A stretch of 64,000 nucleotides of DNA from Eukaryota sp. TZLM1-RC (Eukaryota > Protista > Metamonada: BaSk clade), in NCBI GenBank assembly GCA_040285825.1, contig JAUPSS010000003.1, positions 1,302,001 through 1,366,000 of the forward strand. The letters run 5' to 3'. A program made the translations under genes and the position numbers. How positions within the stretch are numbered: the first letter of the stretch is position 1; each line of letters starts with the position of its first letter. This document shows positions 25,001-37,605 of this stretch, piece after piece. The notes below the pieces were generated by a model. The model saw nothing but the letters and a program-made list of their open reading frames with translations. It searched no databases and was not told the origin of the DNA.

Positions 25001-25303
25001 TTTTATGGGATGGTTTGAGATGAAATGGTCACTTTTTTAGAACTTGAGGACTTTCCTTTTGTTTGAAATACTCATCCAGCTGATGAATAATATTGGGAAC
25101 AGCATTTTAACTGTTTTCTGTACTCAAATAGTTGATGACTTAAATATTCATTAAGGTGAGTTCGTTTTTACTTTTGACATTGTTTTGCCAATGCTTTGAG
25201 AATTTAATTTGAAAAGTCCAAAATAAACGCTTGTTTACAAATATACAATTAGAGTACATCAAAAAGCCAAAACGATAAATACAAAAAGCCAAACCTGCAT
25301 ATC

Positions 25304-26412
25304 CTAACCTCTTCGCTTTGGTAAACTGGGGTTGAAATGACGAATCTCCTCATAAATCAAAGCTTTAATCTCTGCAGTGGACAGCTGTTCAGTTTCCCAT
25401 GGACAGGAGAATGGAGATTCAGCGACAGGTTCGTCTTGAGGGTCATGCAGCAACTTGAGATAGGGGTGTGCAAGAGCTTCATCAACTGTAATTCTGTTCG
25501 CAGGATCAAACTGTAACATTTTCTCAAGTAAATCTAGAGCTGCTGAGGACGCATTAGGAAACACCTTATTAAGAGGAACCCTGGGATAGAAAGGCATCTG
25601 CTTCAAGTGGTTTCTAATAGCTCCAGAAGCGAGGGCATCAATTTCATCACTGGAAGGACTTCCTAGCACGGAGATAATGGTCTGCAACTGACTACGAGAA
25701 CATGAACCGGGGAACAGTGAACGACGAGCTAGTAGCTCACCAAAAATGCAACCGACGCTCCATACATCCATAGCTCTGCCATAGCTAGAAGAACCAGGAG
25801 TAGCAAGCAAGACTTCAGGGGCACGATACCATCTAGTGGCAACATATTGAGTGAGGAACTCTTGAGAGTCTTCGTCAGGGTTAGCGACTCTGGCCAAACC
25901 AAAGTCACACAGGCGAAGATCGCAGTTCGCATTCAAGAGGATATTCCTATTGTTAGATTGCCAAGTAAGGATATATACCTAGGTTTTAAGTCACGGTGAA
26001 TGACGTGAGCAGAATGGAGAAACTTCAACGCCCGTAAGATTTGATAAACAAAGCACTGACAATGTTCTTCAGTGAGCGGCTGTGGGCTTTGAATAATTCT
26101 ATACATATCAGTTTCCATAAACTCAATAACCAGGTAAACATCTTTGAAGGATTTGTAAGATTTTGGAGCTATGATATCAATAAGAGAAATAATGTTTTCG
26201 TGGTCAAGATGGCGGAGTAGTTGAATCTCACGAAGGGTACGTTTTCCATCAATGGGGTTGTCAAAGGCGTTGTTGATCTTCTTTATGGCAACCTTGGCAT
26301 TTGTCTCATTGTCTTTCGCACAAACGACAATGCCATAAGCACCTTGTCCAAGAGTAGATAAAACAGTGTAACGTTCTGGTATCTCAAAGTCGCTACCGAA
26401 GATCTTGCGCAT
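25304..26412 (-). CDS. mitogen-activated protein kinase (ERK-like), two exons (intron 25947-25978)
   Basis: GQGAYGIV, VAIKK, KRTLREI, HRDLKP, DFGLAR, TQYVATRWYRAPE, HDPQDEP; 32-nt intron GTATAT..CTAAC..TAG restores the frame. Confidence 0.93.
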
Positions 26413-26441
26413 AATGGTTTGTATCCAAAAATAGTCTATTT

Positions 26442-27850
26442 CTGTGGTTTTCATTTGAAATGCATACTTTCTTCAAGCATCATTCAAACTTATTCCAAGT
26501 ACTTTCATCCTTGGTGTGATCGTTCACAGACGTTCTAGAATCCTCGAATAATTGGCCACCAATCTGAGTGAGGTCATTTCTCCTCTAGAACAATACGTAG
26601 CTTTGAAGCTAGTTTCTTGTGGTCTCTGAAACGCTTCTCGTCTTATTCCATAGTAGTGCTCACTAACTGCAATTTCTAGCTGATTTAGTGATGCAGAAAT
26701 GTTTCTAGACCAAACTTGATTACATTCCGGACAACTGAAATGGCGTTGTGAACTTTAACTTCACCATCAACTTCTCGATAGATCTTTTGGTGTAGCATCT
26801 TGCAGCACTTCACCTTTGCAGATGTCATATATTCATCTCCGATCTTCACATTAACAAATGAGCATTGTAACAACTTGAGAAACGCCTTACGTGGTGTTTT
26901 CACTTTTTGACGTGATGTACCACCACCTCCATTGCCAAACCATACCTTTACTTCTCGACCGTTTGCAAATTTTTTCACTTTGTTGATAATTGAGCTGAAT
27001 CTTTTCTGTTTTCTTATAAAGAAGTCAAATGTGTTTCTCCCCAATGCTTTTCGAGCACCAGATATAATTGCCAATTTAGCAATGATTGTCTTACGTTAGT
27101 GCCTTCATAATCCTTGTAGTCACCGATAGTTGATATTTCAAGCAGATAATGGTTCAATTTCTGCACGTCATAAACATCTATTGATGAGTGGGTCAGTGAA
27201 GCGGAGTGATTGATTTTTCGTTGCTTTGGTACCAAGAAGATATTGGATACGGTCGGCCCTGAACGTGTTCCAATGCTGGAACCACATAGATTTGAGTGGT
27301 TGATGGCCCAGAACACCATTTCAGTTTCGTCATCAGGTACCTGCCACTCAGTAGCTTTTGGTTTCTGACGAGGTCTTGGCCGTTCAACCTTGGCTTGCAA
27401 GGTATGTTTTCTATTCCGAGTGGTTTCGTAGTAATCAAGTTCCCCTCTGGATCTCTTATCAGCCAAGGCTTCTCCAGACAATCTCACTCGTGCTGCTTTT
27501 GGGTGCGTTCTGAAAGTTATACGGACACTATCACCATTAGAAGACATGGTGTAGTCATTAGTTTTTGTTTTAAACAATAAATAAGAGTTTTTCAAAATTG
27601 CATATCTTGACTATCTGGACTAAAATTGACTACTCCAGTCTAACGTACTCCTGATATACATGAACTTCTAAAGTCTAATGAGCAGAAGATTTTTGAACTT
27701 ACTGAACTCCAATTGAAACTGTATTGAAGACACTTGTAATGTTAGTCAACATGGCTTCCTTGCAAAGATTGATTTTGACCAATTTCATATTAATGCAGAT
27801 GATAAATGAATAATTAATGATAATAATTTGTGTAAATACTAGTGGATAAT
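26442..27850 (-). mobile_element. Fanzor family A, longer copy with frameshifts
   Basis: SSNGDSV, VFWAI(..)NHSNLC (RuvC-I region), WFGNG, GDEYMTSAKVKCC, conserved 3' region. Confidence 0.85.
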
Positions 27851-27869
27851 ATTTATATAATTCTGATAT

Positions 27870-29525
27870 TTATTGAACATGCACACTTAATTAAATTAAC
27901 TCAATACTAATGGGACGACTATCATTGAGCCAAGATTTCCTCTACAAAATCTTGATCTGCTTGCTGTCTAGCTAAAGCTTCCCTTATTCGATTGAAAAAC
28001 CGAGGTAATCTATTAATAATGGTAAATTGAATCCGTGAACGCCATAAAAAAATATCAAATCTTTTCATTGTTTTTTCTTGTACCATTTTTTGGAAGTCAT
28101 TCAAAAAAGTTTCTGCTTCATCTGATAATCTTCCATTTATCGAAAATGGGAAAGCAATAAAACCAGCTGTGTGTTTCTATCAGCATAAGCCTCTTCAATA
28201 TCTTTATCATATTTTCTATGTTTTTCTTTTGCTTTAAAATCAAGAGCAGTCACAGAAAGTGTTCTTCTGTGAACCAAAGTATCATTTCCAACATTACATG
28301 AGATAAAGTCAACAATAGCTTCAGAGTTATCAATCCAATCACAGTATACATCACCTTTATCATCAGAACCAAAATTATTCAGAGACAGTGTTTCCTTCAG
28401 CAGAGGCTCTTTGATACACGATATTCTTGCAGTTTGTGCCATATTAAAAACAGTGTCTCTAACAGCATCATGTAATGAAGAACGGTAAGTTATCAATTTA
28501 GAACAATTCAGAGCATGGCGCAAAGTGAGTTGAGGTGAATTCAAACAAATACATTTATCTTTTGATAATAACTGATTAATGGGGATATTCAAATATAATC
28601 TCATTTTTGTTACAAATGCTTCATTAGGGGCACACAATCCAAATCTTCGTGGTACAATGGTTACAAAAAGTGAACAATCTGATGACTTGATTTCACAAAC
28701 ACCCTTTTCCAATAACAATGAGTGAAGATCTTGATTTAAAACAGCCGATCTGCATATATTTTTATAAAGATCATTTTCATACATTCCAGTCAGTTGTTTT
28801 TGTAATGTTCGAAGACTGTATTTTAAATTTAAAAGATTCTTTTCTGGAATATTGCCATTGAATGATTGGAGAAAGCATCGACTCCATTTTTCTACATCAA
28901 TTGTTGAAATTTCTTCATTTAATGCAAAAACAGTGGAACTTTGCGTTGTCATCAATAAATCTTCCCAATCTGCAAATCTTTCGGAAAACTCAAAGATTGC
29001 ATTTCTACATCCACCGATAAAAGCACATGAAGTAAGAATGAAAGCCTTCGTCCAACCTAAACCGCCATAATGTGGACTAAGATAAGCATGGTCTGGAATT
29101 TGAAACATTTTACATCCCAGTAATTGTGACAAAACTTTTGCACGTAACTCATTAAACTTCTGAGCCAAAGGCCTAGTGACAAGAGGATTTGTAGATCGAA
29201 ATATATGATTGAAGTTGGAACTAAAACACAGTCTTATAATGGTAAATTTGATATGTTTCTGTATATCTAAAGTCATCATTCGGTCAATTTTATCGGAAAT
29301 TGAGTTCAACTTTTCAAACAATTTTTTGGTAATTTTATCATTAATTCTTAAAAACGAACCCAGATGACGAATAGCATCAATTGAATATAATTTGGCTTGA
29401 ATTTCAATACCATCAACTATTGTAGAAACTGGGGAATTCGATAACAAAACACATTTAAGTAAATTAAGTTGAAGGCCAATTTTGTTAAATAATTCTTTAA
29501 AACATCCAGTTGCTTCTCTGACAAT
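27870..29525 (-). mobile_element. non-LTR retrotransposon R1, 5'-truncated
   Basis: RHLGS thumb, GGLG, CCHC knuckle, KGDVYCDW RLE; 436-aa ORF. Confidence 0.9.
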
Positions 29526-29724
29526 CTTTTATATTATATAATATATATAATAATATACAATACTTACCACATAACTAATAGTTCCAAAATAAAATATTAT
29601 CGATTCATCTTTTATTGTAGTGTTCGTGCAAGTGTTGGTAAAAGAAATAGTGTTGGTGAAAGAAGTGGTGTGGTGAAAGAGGATTTAATAATTATGTGGA
29701 CAAAACGAAAACCACAAATGGAAA

Positions 29725-29885
29725 CCACAAATTTAGAAGACCTCAATAAGAGTCTTCAAATCCAACGTATTTTGATATAAGCCGATCATCTCCGGATGGT
29801 CAAGTTTAGACATGTGGATGTGGTTGAAGAATTAAAAATTGACATTTCGGATAAAGAATGCATTTCTAGTGAAAACCACAAATAG
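29725..29885 (+). ncRNA. orphan omega-RNA-like Fanzor 3' end
   Basis: ends AATGCATTTCTAGTGAAAACCACAA, matching the family A terminus TATGCATTTCAAATGAAAACCACAG; internal CGATC..GGATG also shared. Confidence 0.45.
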
Positions 29886-30361
29886 TAGTTTCAGTCCACC
29901 ACTGAATGGGAAGAGGACAAGAGGTGAAGGCAGGAGAAGGAAACTGGAAAAAAACATAGAGTTTAGACGGAGTAACAACGACCAGAAGAGCTAGAGGGTC
30001 AATCGAGCTGATGTTGATGACCACTAATAGAGATACAGTGGATAGGCATTTGATACCATTGTGGAAATCAGCAATCAACTTGAAATTGCAATCAGCATGT
30101 CAGACATCGTGTCAAACAGCGAGATTATTTTGACTCTTACCATTTTTCTAACATCATGCAGCAAAAGGAGAACAAGGATAACGAGGTTACGGACTCAGTT
30201 CCCACCTCCTCCTTCAACCTGTTTTTCACAGAACAGATGAGTACTTCCTCCCGAACTCCTCAGTCGGGAACAGTCATCCTGATTTACAGGAATAAGCGGA
30301 AGGTCAGAGCCTCGATTTCTTATCGAAATCGCCGGTCTGATCCTTCCGTGGGGGTAGAGTA

Positions 30362-33300
30362 TTGCACTTTTTCAGTCATCATGTGAGTCATGAAATGGGT
30401 GCTGTTGAATCAGACATGGTGCTAATCACCTTGGATATGGGATGTTCTTCTTTGTGTTTTGTTTTGAATTGTTATTTTCATGTTATTGAGTATGTTATTT
30501 TTTGTGGTTTAGATTCTTGCACTTTAGATATGGGATGTTGTGTCTTAAATTGTTATTTCAATAATGTGGAGTTTGATTATTATGTTTATAATTTATCTTT
30601 TCAATCCAGTAGCTGTCAACATCTTCTATCAACAAACCCATATACTGTTGATTTAACAATGAATGGAGATGTTGAAGCAAATCCTGGTCCCAGAAAGAGA
30701 AGATCTAATTTTAAATCAACTCCTCCATCAAAAATTATGAGAAATGCGATTTTTGACCAACAAACATCAAAGCTTAAGCTAAAAAAACAATAAAAAGCAC
30801 TGAACAGAGAAATTTGTATTGAGAATACAGTGTTCAATATTGAGAACAGGAAGATTTTGACAAAAAAACCATTGAAACCGAGTATGGTCAAAAAAATTGA
30901 ACCAAGTGGTAGTGGCTTCAACCTCATCCATTGATTCAATTCAAATCAATGACCACAAATCAAAATCTTCCCATTGTTATGTGCTTTGACCTTGAAACCT
31001 ATCAGGATGGTCATCTTTATCAAAATCATGATGGCCAATTTCTCCCTCTTGACGAGATTATCAACAAAAGGAGAAAAGAGGGTGCAAATTTCTTGAAAAA
31101 GAAAACTGATGAGCAAATGGGTGAGTGGATTTCTGATCAAAAAGTGTTTTTAATTTCGATTGTTGTTGGTAAGTTTGATCGTCATAATTTCTTTTTGGAG
31201 AGTAAATATTCACTTATATTGAGAATGAGTCCTCAAATCAGATTACCAGACATTGATATGGATGTTCAGGCAGAAATATTCTCTGACGAAAAAACCTTGC
31301 TTCGTAGGTTCCTAAACATTATTGGTGATCATCAACCCCATTGTTTTCTTAATCACAACTTAATGCAGTTTGATTTACAGGTTTTGAAAAATCGATTAAA
31401 CTATTTTGATTTACCATTTCCCACTTTTCCAGATGATACAGCAATTGATGTATTCAATCAACTTTCACCAAGATGGAGGGAAGTAGTTATCAGGGAAACT
31501 GGCTTTTTTCTTCTAGATACTTTGGTTTTTGCCAAAATAATTATCAAAATACCCTACGGACATGGATTAGGCACTCTGGCATATAAAATGATAAATGAAA
31601 AGAAAATCAAACTTCATCAGGAACTTTCTCATATTATACCAATTGATTGTTTAGCTTCTTCTCCTCTGAGGCAAAATTCAATTCAATATGGGCTTTATGA
31701 TTGTTTCCTTTGTCTGAATCTTTTCGTGCTGTTTCAGAAAGACAAAATTATTTTATCATCTTATAAAACCATTCGAGCAACCGTCAACTCAATGGTTAAA
31801 CATTCAAATGTGATATTCAAATTGAGAGAAACTGCTGTAAAATTTCAACAGTTACGTATTCACACCACTTGTTGTTTAAAGCTGTATTTACAGTCTTGTT
31901 TTGAACGTAATTTGTCATTACCACGAATATCTGCCCAATTATATGAATCATTAATGGCCAGAATTCGTTATATTTCAGCTGAGTATTATGGGCAAGAAAT
32001 GGTGAAACCAAAAAGTGTATTTCCAGAGGATTTTGAAAACTTTGTTTATGGTGAAGGAGATTATAGATTATCGACCACCTTTGAACAACAAAGGTTGAAC
32101 AAAACATTGAGTTATGTAGACCATTTGAGATATAGGCCTGAGTTTTTTCCACGATTTCCAACTGATGGCTTCAGTAGACCACCTCAGTATATGGCCCCAG
32201 TAATGTTTGCCAATTTTGAGAATAATTTGAAACTAAATTATGAAAAACATATCAATCGTTTTATTAATGTTGACTTTGACAAACCAGATGTGGAAAATGT
32301 GTTAGCAGAAATGCATAAGCTGGGTGAATACTCAACGCCATTGTCTACAATGGTTTCACTATATAGATTTAGGCTTCGTCAATTCAAAAACTTGTTTTTA
32401 GTTGATGATAGAGATTGCTTGAGTTCATTGTTTCATCATCCTGAAAATATTTCAGACCTTCTGAATGATGAATTGTTAAACAAACATTGATGGATGATTT
32501 ATCATCTACACAGACGCTGAAAATGTCCAATACAATAGCCCAAATTACGAAAATCAAACCACCTGAGCAATTTGACTTTTGGTCTAATATTCTCGATTTA
32601 AACCAACCAATGTTCAAACAGAAGAGCTATAAATTCAACAACATTATACACACAGAGGATTTAATATTGCAGTAGAATTTGTTCGTCAGGATTTTCAAGG
32701 TCAGAAATGTAAGCCAGACAACAAGGCTAGTATTTCTGATTTATATATTCATGATGTTGATGTTGATGCTTTTCAAGACAAACGAATTGTTGTTTGTGAT
32801 CCTGGAAAACGTGATTTATTGTATTTTGGCAGCAAAAAGACTGATGAAGAACTAGCCATGGTGCCTGAACATAAAACTGAACAGCAAAGAAATAGTCGGG
32901 TGAGGAATCAAGACAAAAAGTACAAATGGTTGAGAATGACTCAGATGTCCTGGTCTTTGAAAAGTAGGATGAATGAAAAACAGAAACGATGGGCGACAAA
33001 GTATACTGAGGTAGGTTACGACAGGAACTAAATGATAGAGTCTAAAGATACGACAAACACCGAATATGCAAACACCGAATTATCAGCATTTGCTGCAAAT
33101 TCAGCAACTTTTATAGATTTTTCCTACTTTGTGGTTGCCAAACTTCGGCAAGTTTTTTTTGACAATTGACTTTTATAGTCTTGACTTGTGGAGCATTCAT
33201 AAAATGCAAGCTTTTATTCACAAGCAAAAGACTGAAAGTTGGTTGTTAAAAAGCCTTGTTCAGCAGTTTGGCAATCCAAAAGACACTTTAATACTAATGG

Positions 33301-33680
33301 GTGACTGTGGTAAAAAAGGTTCGAAGAATTTGAAACATCATAGACCTACTCGAGGCATTGGATGGATCCAATTTCTGCAAAGGAATGGATTTGAAGTATT
33401 GATGATTAATGAAGCTTTCACTTCAGGAAAATGTCCTGTTTGTTTTGAAAAGGTTGCTACGTTTTTGAGAGTAACAAATCCCAGATTGTATAGAAGAGAA
33501 AAGACTCCTGTTACTACATGTCATGGTTTATTAGCTTTTAACAGTGAGAGTTGCAAACTCAGTAACAAAGGCTCAACAAAGCTTTTCAATAGAAATAAGT
33601 TGGCTTGTCTGAATATGTTTGCAATTGCTGAAGCCAGAATGAATGGTAATGAAAAATCTCAGTATCTGTGCTGTAGATAG
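30362..33680 (+). mobile_element. 2A peptide - DEDDy exonuclease - Fanzor1 fusion (element X1), frameshifted
   Basis: GDVEANPGP at ~30665-30691; FDLET, NHNLMQFD, YGLYD; in-frame Fanzor N-terminus YKTIRATV..KLYL..LPRI, NFENNL; CDPGKRDLLY, LMGD, INEAFTSGKCPVC, CHGLL, FNRN. Confidence 0.85.
30668..30691 (+). other. 2A-like StopGo (ribosomal skipping) motif
   Basis: DLTMNG-DVEANPG/P matches D(V/I)ExNPGP; followed by an RKRR NLS-like motif. Confidence 0.85.
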
Positions 33681-33765
33681 TTTTTGTAATTATTCCACAC
33701 GAAAATTGATCGTGTATTTTATGGGAATTTCCCATAAATGGTTTTTATGTAATTTACTTGACCAA
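33681..33765 (+). ncRNA. putative omega-RNA hairpins of X1
   Basis: ACACGA..TCGTGT and TTTATGGGAA/TTCCCATAAA stems right after the Fanzor stop. Confidence 0.5.
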
Positions 33766-33779
33766 CAACTTTTTCCAAT

Positions 33780-36700
33780 GAAACCCAGCTTTAATTTATC
33801 AGGTGGAGGGCAACAAAGTGATGATGTTAATTAGATGATGAACAAATTACTGATTCGATCAACAACTTTATCAATCAGTCATCAACTCCACTGTCACATC
33901 ACAAAATACTTGTTTGGCCCATCGCATCAGCGCTATTGTTTTTTAGGTGATTTGTTCAAGATGATTTTTGCTCACAATTGATCAATTCTGACGATGAAGA
34001 AAATACATTGATTCTTCTACCCTATAATAATGCATTTCATCAATCAATTTTGATTGCATCGGATGACGAACAATTTACCATTGGGCAACATTGGGTACTT
34101 CTTGCATTCTGGATCAAATCCAGAACAGTAAAAGCTTTTCTTTTTGATAGTCTTCGTCATAATGAAGATCAACATCAAAAAATTAATTCAATAATTTTTG
34201 AAAAACTTGGAATCAATATCAGTCAGAATTTATCAGAATTGTTTCAATCAAAATTGTATGATTGTGAAATATTCACCATATTGTTTGCAAAAAGAATGAT
34301 CAATTTGTTTTTGTCAAATCAGCACAATTCAATTGATCCAGCTCATGTTAAACATTTTGTCAACCAAGACAAAAGATGTTTTTATAGCTGTGTTGACAGT
34401 GAACGAAAATTATTTGAGACACAGAAATGCTCCTCTGTACAAAAAACCATCAGAAAAAGGCGAGCTGATGTATTGAGCAGACCTTGGGAACGTTTAAAAA
34501 CACTTTTCAATGAGAATCCACTGACTCAATTTAAATACCCTTTAATGACATTATCAAATGTCAAAACACAATTTATTCTCAAAATTCTACATTTTGATAT
34601 TGAAACTTTGCTGTTGGGTAAAAAGTTCAGTGATGAGGATGAAATAATTGTCATTGCTGCAAGAGAACATTCCATCTCTTACTGTCAATCTACAAGAAAG
34701 ATTGTTGCAAATTCTGTTTCTCATATTTTTACTCGAGAACAGATTGAATTAAATCTTTGTTTTTGTGATCTTGTAGAAAAATCAACAAGCAGAAATGAAC
34801 ATTATTGCAAAGTTGATGATAAAGATATCACTTTATATCATCATTCCTCTGAAAAAGAATTGCTGAGTTCATTTAAAGAATTATTAGAAACTTATAATCC
34901 TCATATAATATGTGGTTTTAATATTCTCAAATTTGACATCCCACATATTATGCAACGTTCTGAAAATGAGGACTTTTTTAAGGGTGAAATCGATGCTACA
35001 GAATGGGTTCAATTCTATAACTCAAATTTAATAGAATTGAATCACAAACACTTGAACCCCTTAATTGCTGGTCGATTTGTTGTTGATACTTGTAGTATTT
35101 ACACAAATTATTATCAACCACGCAAACTAAACACAGTTTCTAAAATTTTATTAGGGGAAAGTAAAATTGACCTTGATCCTCAATATATTGCAAAGTATTG
35201 GAAGGTTCAAGAAGATGATACCTTCTCAGATTTTTCCTTATCCCAAAGAAGAACTGCAGTTGCAGTTTATTGTTTAAGGGATACTGATTTAACCATGAAA
35301 TTATTTAATTTCTTTAACAATGACCAATTCATGGAAACTGTTAAACATAAACCTTATGATGGTTATAATGACAATCTAAAAAATGTCATCAGAGATCCGA
35401 AAATGATTGAAGTGATCGATGAGACAGTAATTAGGTGTCAGAAAATTTCTATTGTTGGTTTAGAATTCATTTGTGGTTATTATTTGCATCTTTTTGACTT
35501 AAACCCAAATGCTATTTTACCAAAAATTGAAACCCAATTATTTCGTGACGCTTTTCTTGTGGTCACGTCCCAAAGCGATGAGGAAAGTTCCCTTAACGCA
35601 AAGACAAAAACAGCTTTGCAAAATTCTCGTTGTTGTCCGTTGTTGGATTTCTATCACCAACACTTTAAAGAAAAACTTGTTCCAAAAGTTTTATCAAAAA
35701 AAGGAATCAGTAATATTTTGTTTTACACAATTGACAAACTGATTGTGAATTTCAAAAATAACATCCAGGAGCATTACTTTGCTTACTTGGATCGGTTTGT
35801 TGATGTTTTCTATGATGTCAAGAGAAACAACAATGTCCTGAAAAAGCAAGGTAAGAAAAACTTCCCATCATTCATCAAGATAAATCTCTCCTTCTAGAAG
35901 GATGTAGAGATATTGATGGCGAAACTTCTGCAATGAGAAACAAAGTCTCATCAATTACTTCGCTTTTCATTAATGACCAGATCCCTTTTTTACTTCCCAG
36001 TAATTTTAAAAGGGAAAAGTATTCAAAATTTGATTTTTCATCATAATCAAATTACTATTTGAGGGCAATGTTTTATATTAATAATTATTTAGAGGATGAG
36101 GAGAGTAAACTCTTTCATGCTCTGCCTTTGAAGAATTCTTGTATTCCCTCGTATATCAGAATTGACAAGACAAGTTTATTGGACTTGTTCTTTGTCCAAT
36201 TCAAGGACATTCTTGGTCCAAGGTCGTCTTACCAATGCAATAATCAAGCTGCTGATTTAGTTTTATGGGACACCGTTGTAAAAATGGACGAGATTAAAAA
36301 CACGGAACTTTATTCAGAAAATTCCAAGTACATCATGTCTAGTATCGAGACTGATGGAATAGCAGTAAGTTTCATTCAATCTAGAATGGACTTGAAAAAG
36401 TACAAAGTAACTGCAAAAGAATTGAAAGATAAAGAAGAATATATTGATGACCCCAGCTTCAATCCTTCTGAATTCCAAGATATGACCCTTGCTGCTGCTG
36501 ATCCAGGACAATCTGATCTACTCTATTTTTCTGCCAATTTAGCTACCTGAATGACTCATTCAAAAAAGCCCGAGAGAGATAAATATGTTCAATTCAGGTA
36601 CACTCAAAATCAATGAAGATTTGAGTCGAAAAGTTCCAAATTCAAAAGAATAAGAGACAGCATACGGAATGACACTCTTATCACAATAAGTAACTCTACT

Positions 36701-37571
36701 GGTAGAGTGATTGATCTATCCAATTATGAACCATCTGAAAAGCAACAACAAAGGATGGATTTAAGCAGCAGTAAAATTAATCAAATGACTGAAAGAACAA
36801 TTAGTTTATTAAGAGGAAAAGTACCTCAAGAAATCAATATTCCCCACGAAATTGATTACTCATTCAATTTGAGAAATAATGATCACACGACTAAATCTGT
36901 AGCAGAATGGGAAGCAACTTTATCCCAATTCAATTCCAAAAGCTGCAGGTTTGATAGATTTATGGAGTATATTAAGAATTATGTGAATAGTATTGTTGGT
37001 GAAGTCTATCATCAATAAATATTTAGGAAACTAAGATGGTGGGCTGAGATTAATCGCACAAGATCTGATGCGAAGATGGTCAAGAGATTCAAATCAGTAA
37101 TTGGTGATCCAGGCCAAGTAGTTATTGGAATCGGAGACTGGGAACAACGAAAACACATGAAATTCAAAGAACCTACTAAAGGAAAAGGTTTGAGATTTCT
37201 ATTTAAATAGGCTGGTTATAAGGTCTTTTTGATTGATGAGTTTCGAACCAGATGCTGTTGTTGCAACTGTAAGAAAGCGGAGAAAACAGTTGAAACATTC
37301 CAATGGTGCAGAAATCCTAGGCCATGGAAGAGGCATGAGATGTCTATTCGTCACGGGGTAACCATGTGTAAATCATGCGAAAGTTTGTGGAATAGAGATC
37401 GAAATGCTTCGCTTAATATGTTGGCAGTGATGGAAGCACATGTAAAAGGTGGAGATAGACCGGAATACCTGCAGAGATTCAAGGTTGACAAAGGTTCAAA
37501 GAAAAAGGTATCAAGAAGAAAATCTTCCACTTCCCAAAAACTCAGTCCCTCTACATTGGTGTAAAAAGGAC
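33780..37571 (+). mobile_element. Ulp1-type protease - DEDDy exonuclease - Fanzor1 fusion (element X2), with stops and frameshifts
   Basis: LDDEQI, LPYNN, HWVLL, FDSL, QSKLYDC; FDIET, GFNILKFD, YCLRD; in-frame Fanzor N-terminus; LPLKNSCIPSYIRID, ETDG, ADPGQSDLLY, GIGDW, KEPTKGKG, IDEFRT, CKSC..WNRD.NASLNM. Confidence 0.9.
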
Positions 37572-37605
37572 ACTTATTTCATTGTTATAGACATCATCTG
37601 TTTCA

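Noticed and set aside
26412-26454. MAPK start at 26454 (MKTTEID..)
   Set aside because: That ATG lies within the Fanzor terminal motif; 26412 fits MAPK N-termini better
29890-30360. Short ORFs upstream of X1 as captured host genes
   Set aside because: No recognisable motifs and broken frames
30931-35897. Family-B DNA polymerase genes (host, Polinton or giant virus)
   Set aside because: Only the exonuclease motifs are present; polymerase motifs are absent and Fanzor sequence follows
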